DNA from: an uncultured bacterium
GTDB taxonomy: Bacteria > Gemmatimonadota > Gemmatimonadetes > Palauibacterales > Palauibacteraceae
DNA length: 56,868 nucleotides
Direction of reading: 5' to 3'
NCBI GenBank assembly: GCA_965370685.1
Contig: CBDUVN010000003.1
Coordinates: 1 to 56,868 of the forward strand
Shown: positions 55,479 to 56,868 of the stretch, piece by piece
Layout: each line of letters opens with the position of its first letter
Position numbering within the stretch: the first letter of the stretch is position 1
Notes under the pieces: model-generated
What the model saw: only the letters and a program-made list of their open reading frames with translations
Database searches by the model: none
What the model was told of the DNA's origin: nothing
Translations under genes and position numbers: made by a program

Positions 55479-55536
55479 CGAACTCAGGCCCGGATGACGC
55501 GTTTCGTCTGCGCCATCCGAGGGATATGCGTGATCC

Positions 55537-56868
55537 TCAGTTCGTGCCGAGGATTTCCTTCACCAGCGCGTCGGCGTGGTACACGGACTTCAGGGCTTCG
55601 ATAATCCCCGCCGAATGCACCGACACCGTCCGGCCATCCACTGCCGCGAAGAAGAACTCATTGGGCAGCGACTCCGGGTTCCCATCGAACGCGATTCCGA
55701 CGAACTCCGCATCCCGGTTGATCACCGGGCTGCCGCTGTTACCTCCCGTGATATCGTTCGTGGACACGAAGTTGATCGGCACGCTCATGTCGATCTCGTC
55801 TTCCGCGTCCCACCACGACTGCGGCATGGTCCACGGCATCTCGTTCTCGAATTCGGTGGCCCTGGCATAGAAGCCGTAGATGGAGGTCGCGGCCGGAGCG
55901 TACGTCTCGTTATAGTGATACCGCTCCACTACGCCGTCCGTAATCCGCAGCGTGAACGTGGCATCGGGCGGCAGGTCGGTTCCATACACCGCGAACAGGG
56001 CCTGTGCGAACCGCTCATTCTGCACGTCCTCGGCGGCGTTGACCTCGCCCCAGCCCGGCAGCGCGGTGGCCTGCGCCGCTCGCATTTCCGCCACGAGATC
56101 GAGCAGCGGGTCGTTGGCGTCCACGATCGCCTCCGGCCCGCCATCGATCATCGCCTGCCGGAACGCCGGATCACCGATCTGCGAGCCGCGGATCAGCCGC
56201 GTGGCGGCCGCCTCTGGCGTCTCACCCGGATTCCGGGCCCGGTTCAGCGGGGCGTCGGCCGGCAGCCACTTCTCGGCCAGCATTATGCGGCCCGCGAGCA
56301 TGCCGACGGACTGATCCATCGGGAATTCGTCAGCCGAGGAAAGCTGGCCCTGCACCTGCGCCGCCCTGTCACCCTGGAACTGCGGGGCTCGCTCGGCTTC
56401 GGGTTTCGCCATTTCGGTGACGTACTGGTGCGTGAGCCCTGCCGTCTGCAGGTGCCGGGAGGCTCCGAGGAAGCCGGGGTTGTTGATGTACACGGTGGCG
56501 GCGAGCATCGCCTTCTTCTTCTGGATCACGTCGAGCTGATCCCAGACGTCACCGTAGTCGGCCTGCAGAGTCGGGTTCGCGGCCAGCTCGGCCTTGAAAT
56601 CGTTCTCCCACCGGATCTTCCGTGACGTCAGGTAATCCGATCTCAGGCCTTCGAGCTCTCCCCGGTACAGCTTCTGGGTGTTCTCGAACCCGAAGATCAT
56701 GTTCTGCATCTCGCGGCCGCGCTCGGGGTCGGTCCGCTGGATCTCGTGCAGGATCTCGAGACGCTGATCGAAAAACGCGAGGATCATCGGGTGGAAGACC
56801 TCTCGCTCGTACATGTACTGGGAGAGCGTGATCTGGCGTGCCGTCGAACCGGGGTTCCCGGTCACGAA
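55537..56868 (-). CDS. S46-family serine peptidase (dipeptidyl-peptidase 7/11-like), C-terminal part only; N-terminus lies beyond the right window edge
   Basis: The catalytic Ser region is TNDITGGNSGSPVINRDAEFVGIAFDGN, preceded by the long helical insert typical of S46. The ORF is open to the window end. Confidence 0.85.
   Translation of the reverse strand, partial: FVTGNPGSTARQITLSQYMYEREVFHPMILAFFDQRLEILHEIQRTDPERGREMQNMIFGFENTQKLYRGELEGLRSDYLTSRKIRWENDFKAELAANPTLQADYGDVWDQLDVIQKKKAMLAATVYINNPGFLGASRHLQTAGLTHQYVTEMAKPEAERAPQFQGDRAAQVQGQLSSADEFPMDQSVGMLAGRIMLAEKWLPADAPLNRARNPGETPEAAATRLIRGSQIGDPAFRQAMIDGGPEAIVDANDPLLDLVAEMRAAQATALPGWGEVNAAEDVQNERFAQALFAVYGTDLPPDATFTLRITDGVVERYHYNETYAPAATSIYGFYARATEFENEMPWTMPQSWWDAEDEIDMSVPINFVSTNDITGGNSGSPVINRDAEFVGIAFDGNPESLPNEFFFAAVDGRTVSVHSAGIIEALKSVYHADALVKEILGTN

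Overview
This is a high-GC (roughly 65%) bacterial chromosomal segment that is densely coding and mostly housekeeping. The gene content (RNase Y, an xseA-xseB-ispA-nadK-recN cluster, many small outer-membrane beta-barrels and lipoproteins) suggests a diderm lineage such as Gemmatimonadota. That placement is inference only.

Left to right:
- Two hypothetical envelope proteins, guaA, a secreted DinB-family protein and rmuC, all on the minus strand.
- Single-chain purL.
- A small membrane-protein gene that looks frameshifted.
- One intact and one truncated small OMP beta-barrel gene.
- The infC-rpmI-rplT-pheS-pheT cluster, preceded by a long structured leader.
- A coiled-coil gene, zapA, and a terminator-bounded noncoding stretch.
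- rny, folD, xseA, xseB, ispA, nadK, recN.
- A 544-aa orphan OMP, tRNA-Cys, and a Ca2+/H+ exchanger.
- A four-gene RND efflux operon (adaptor, TolC, two tandem RND pumps).
- A beta-propeller lipoprotein and two divergent lipoprotein genes whose 5' ends overlap.
- tRNA-Leu(CAA), followed by a ~1 kb gene-poor, lower-GC stretch that carries a duplicate of the tRNA 3' end and an untracked 55-aa hydrophobic ORF.
- cspA, znuACB, and a MacA-like adaptor with two FtsX/MacB-type permeases but no ATPase.
- A small PspB-like membrane protein and an OMP beta-barrel.
- An unusual membrane-anchored JAMM/MPN+ protein with a hyper-acidic repeat linker, overlapped by a P1 (DmpA-type) peptidase gene.
- plsC, nhaA, ETF-ubiquinone oxidoreductase, and a truncated S46 peptidase.

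I saw no CRISPR array, transposase, integrase, prophage or recognisable defence system. The most unusual items are:
- the JAMM-acidic-linker-TM protein and its long overlap with the peptidase gene;
- the tRNA-Leu att-like duplication with the adjacent gene-poor region;
- the promoter plus tandem-terminator leader ahead of infC;
- the candidate sRNA downstream of zapA.

Many long minus- or plus-strand ORFs in the supplied track are antisense shadows typical of high-GC DNA. These were rejected.
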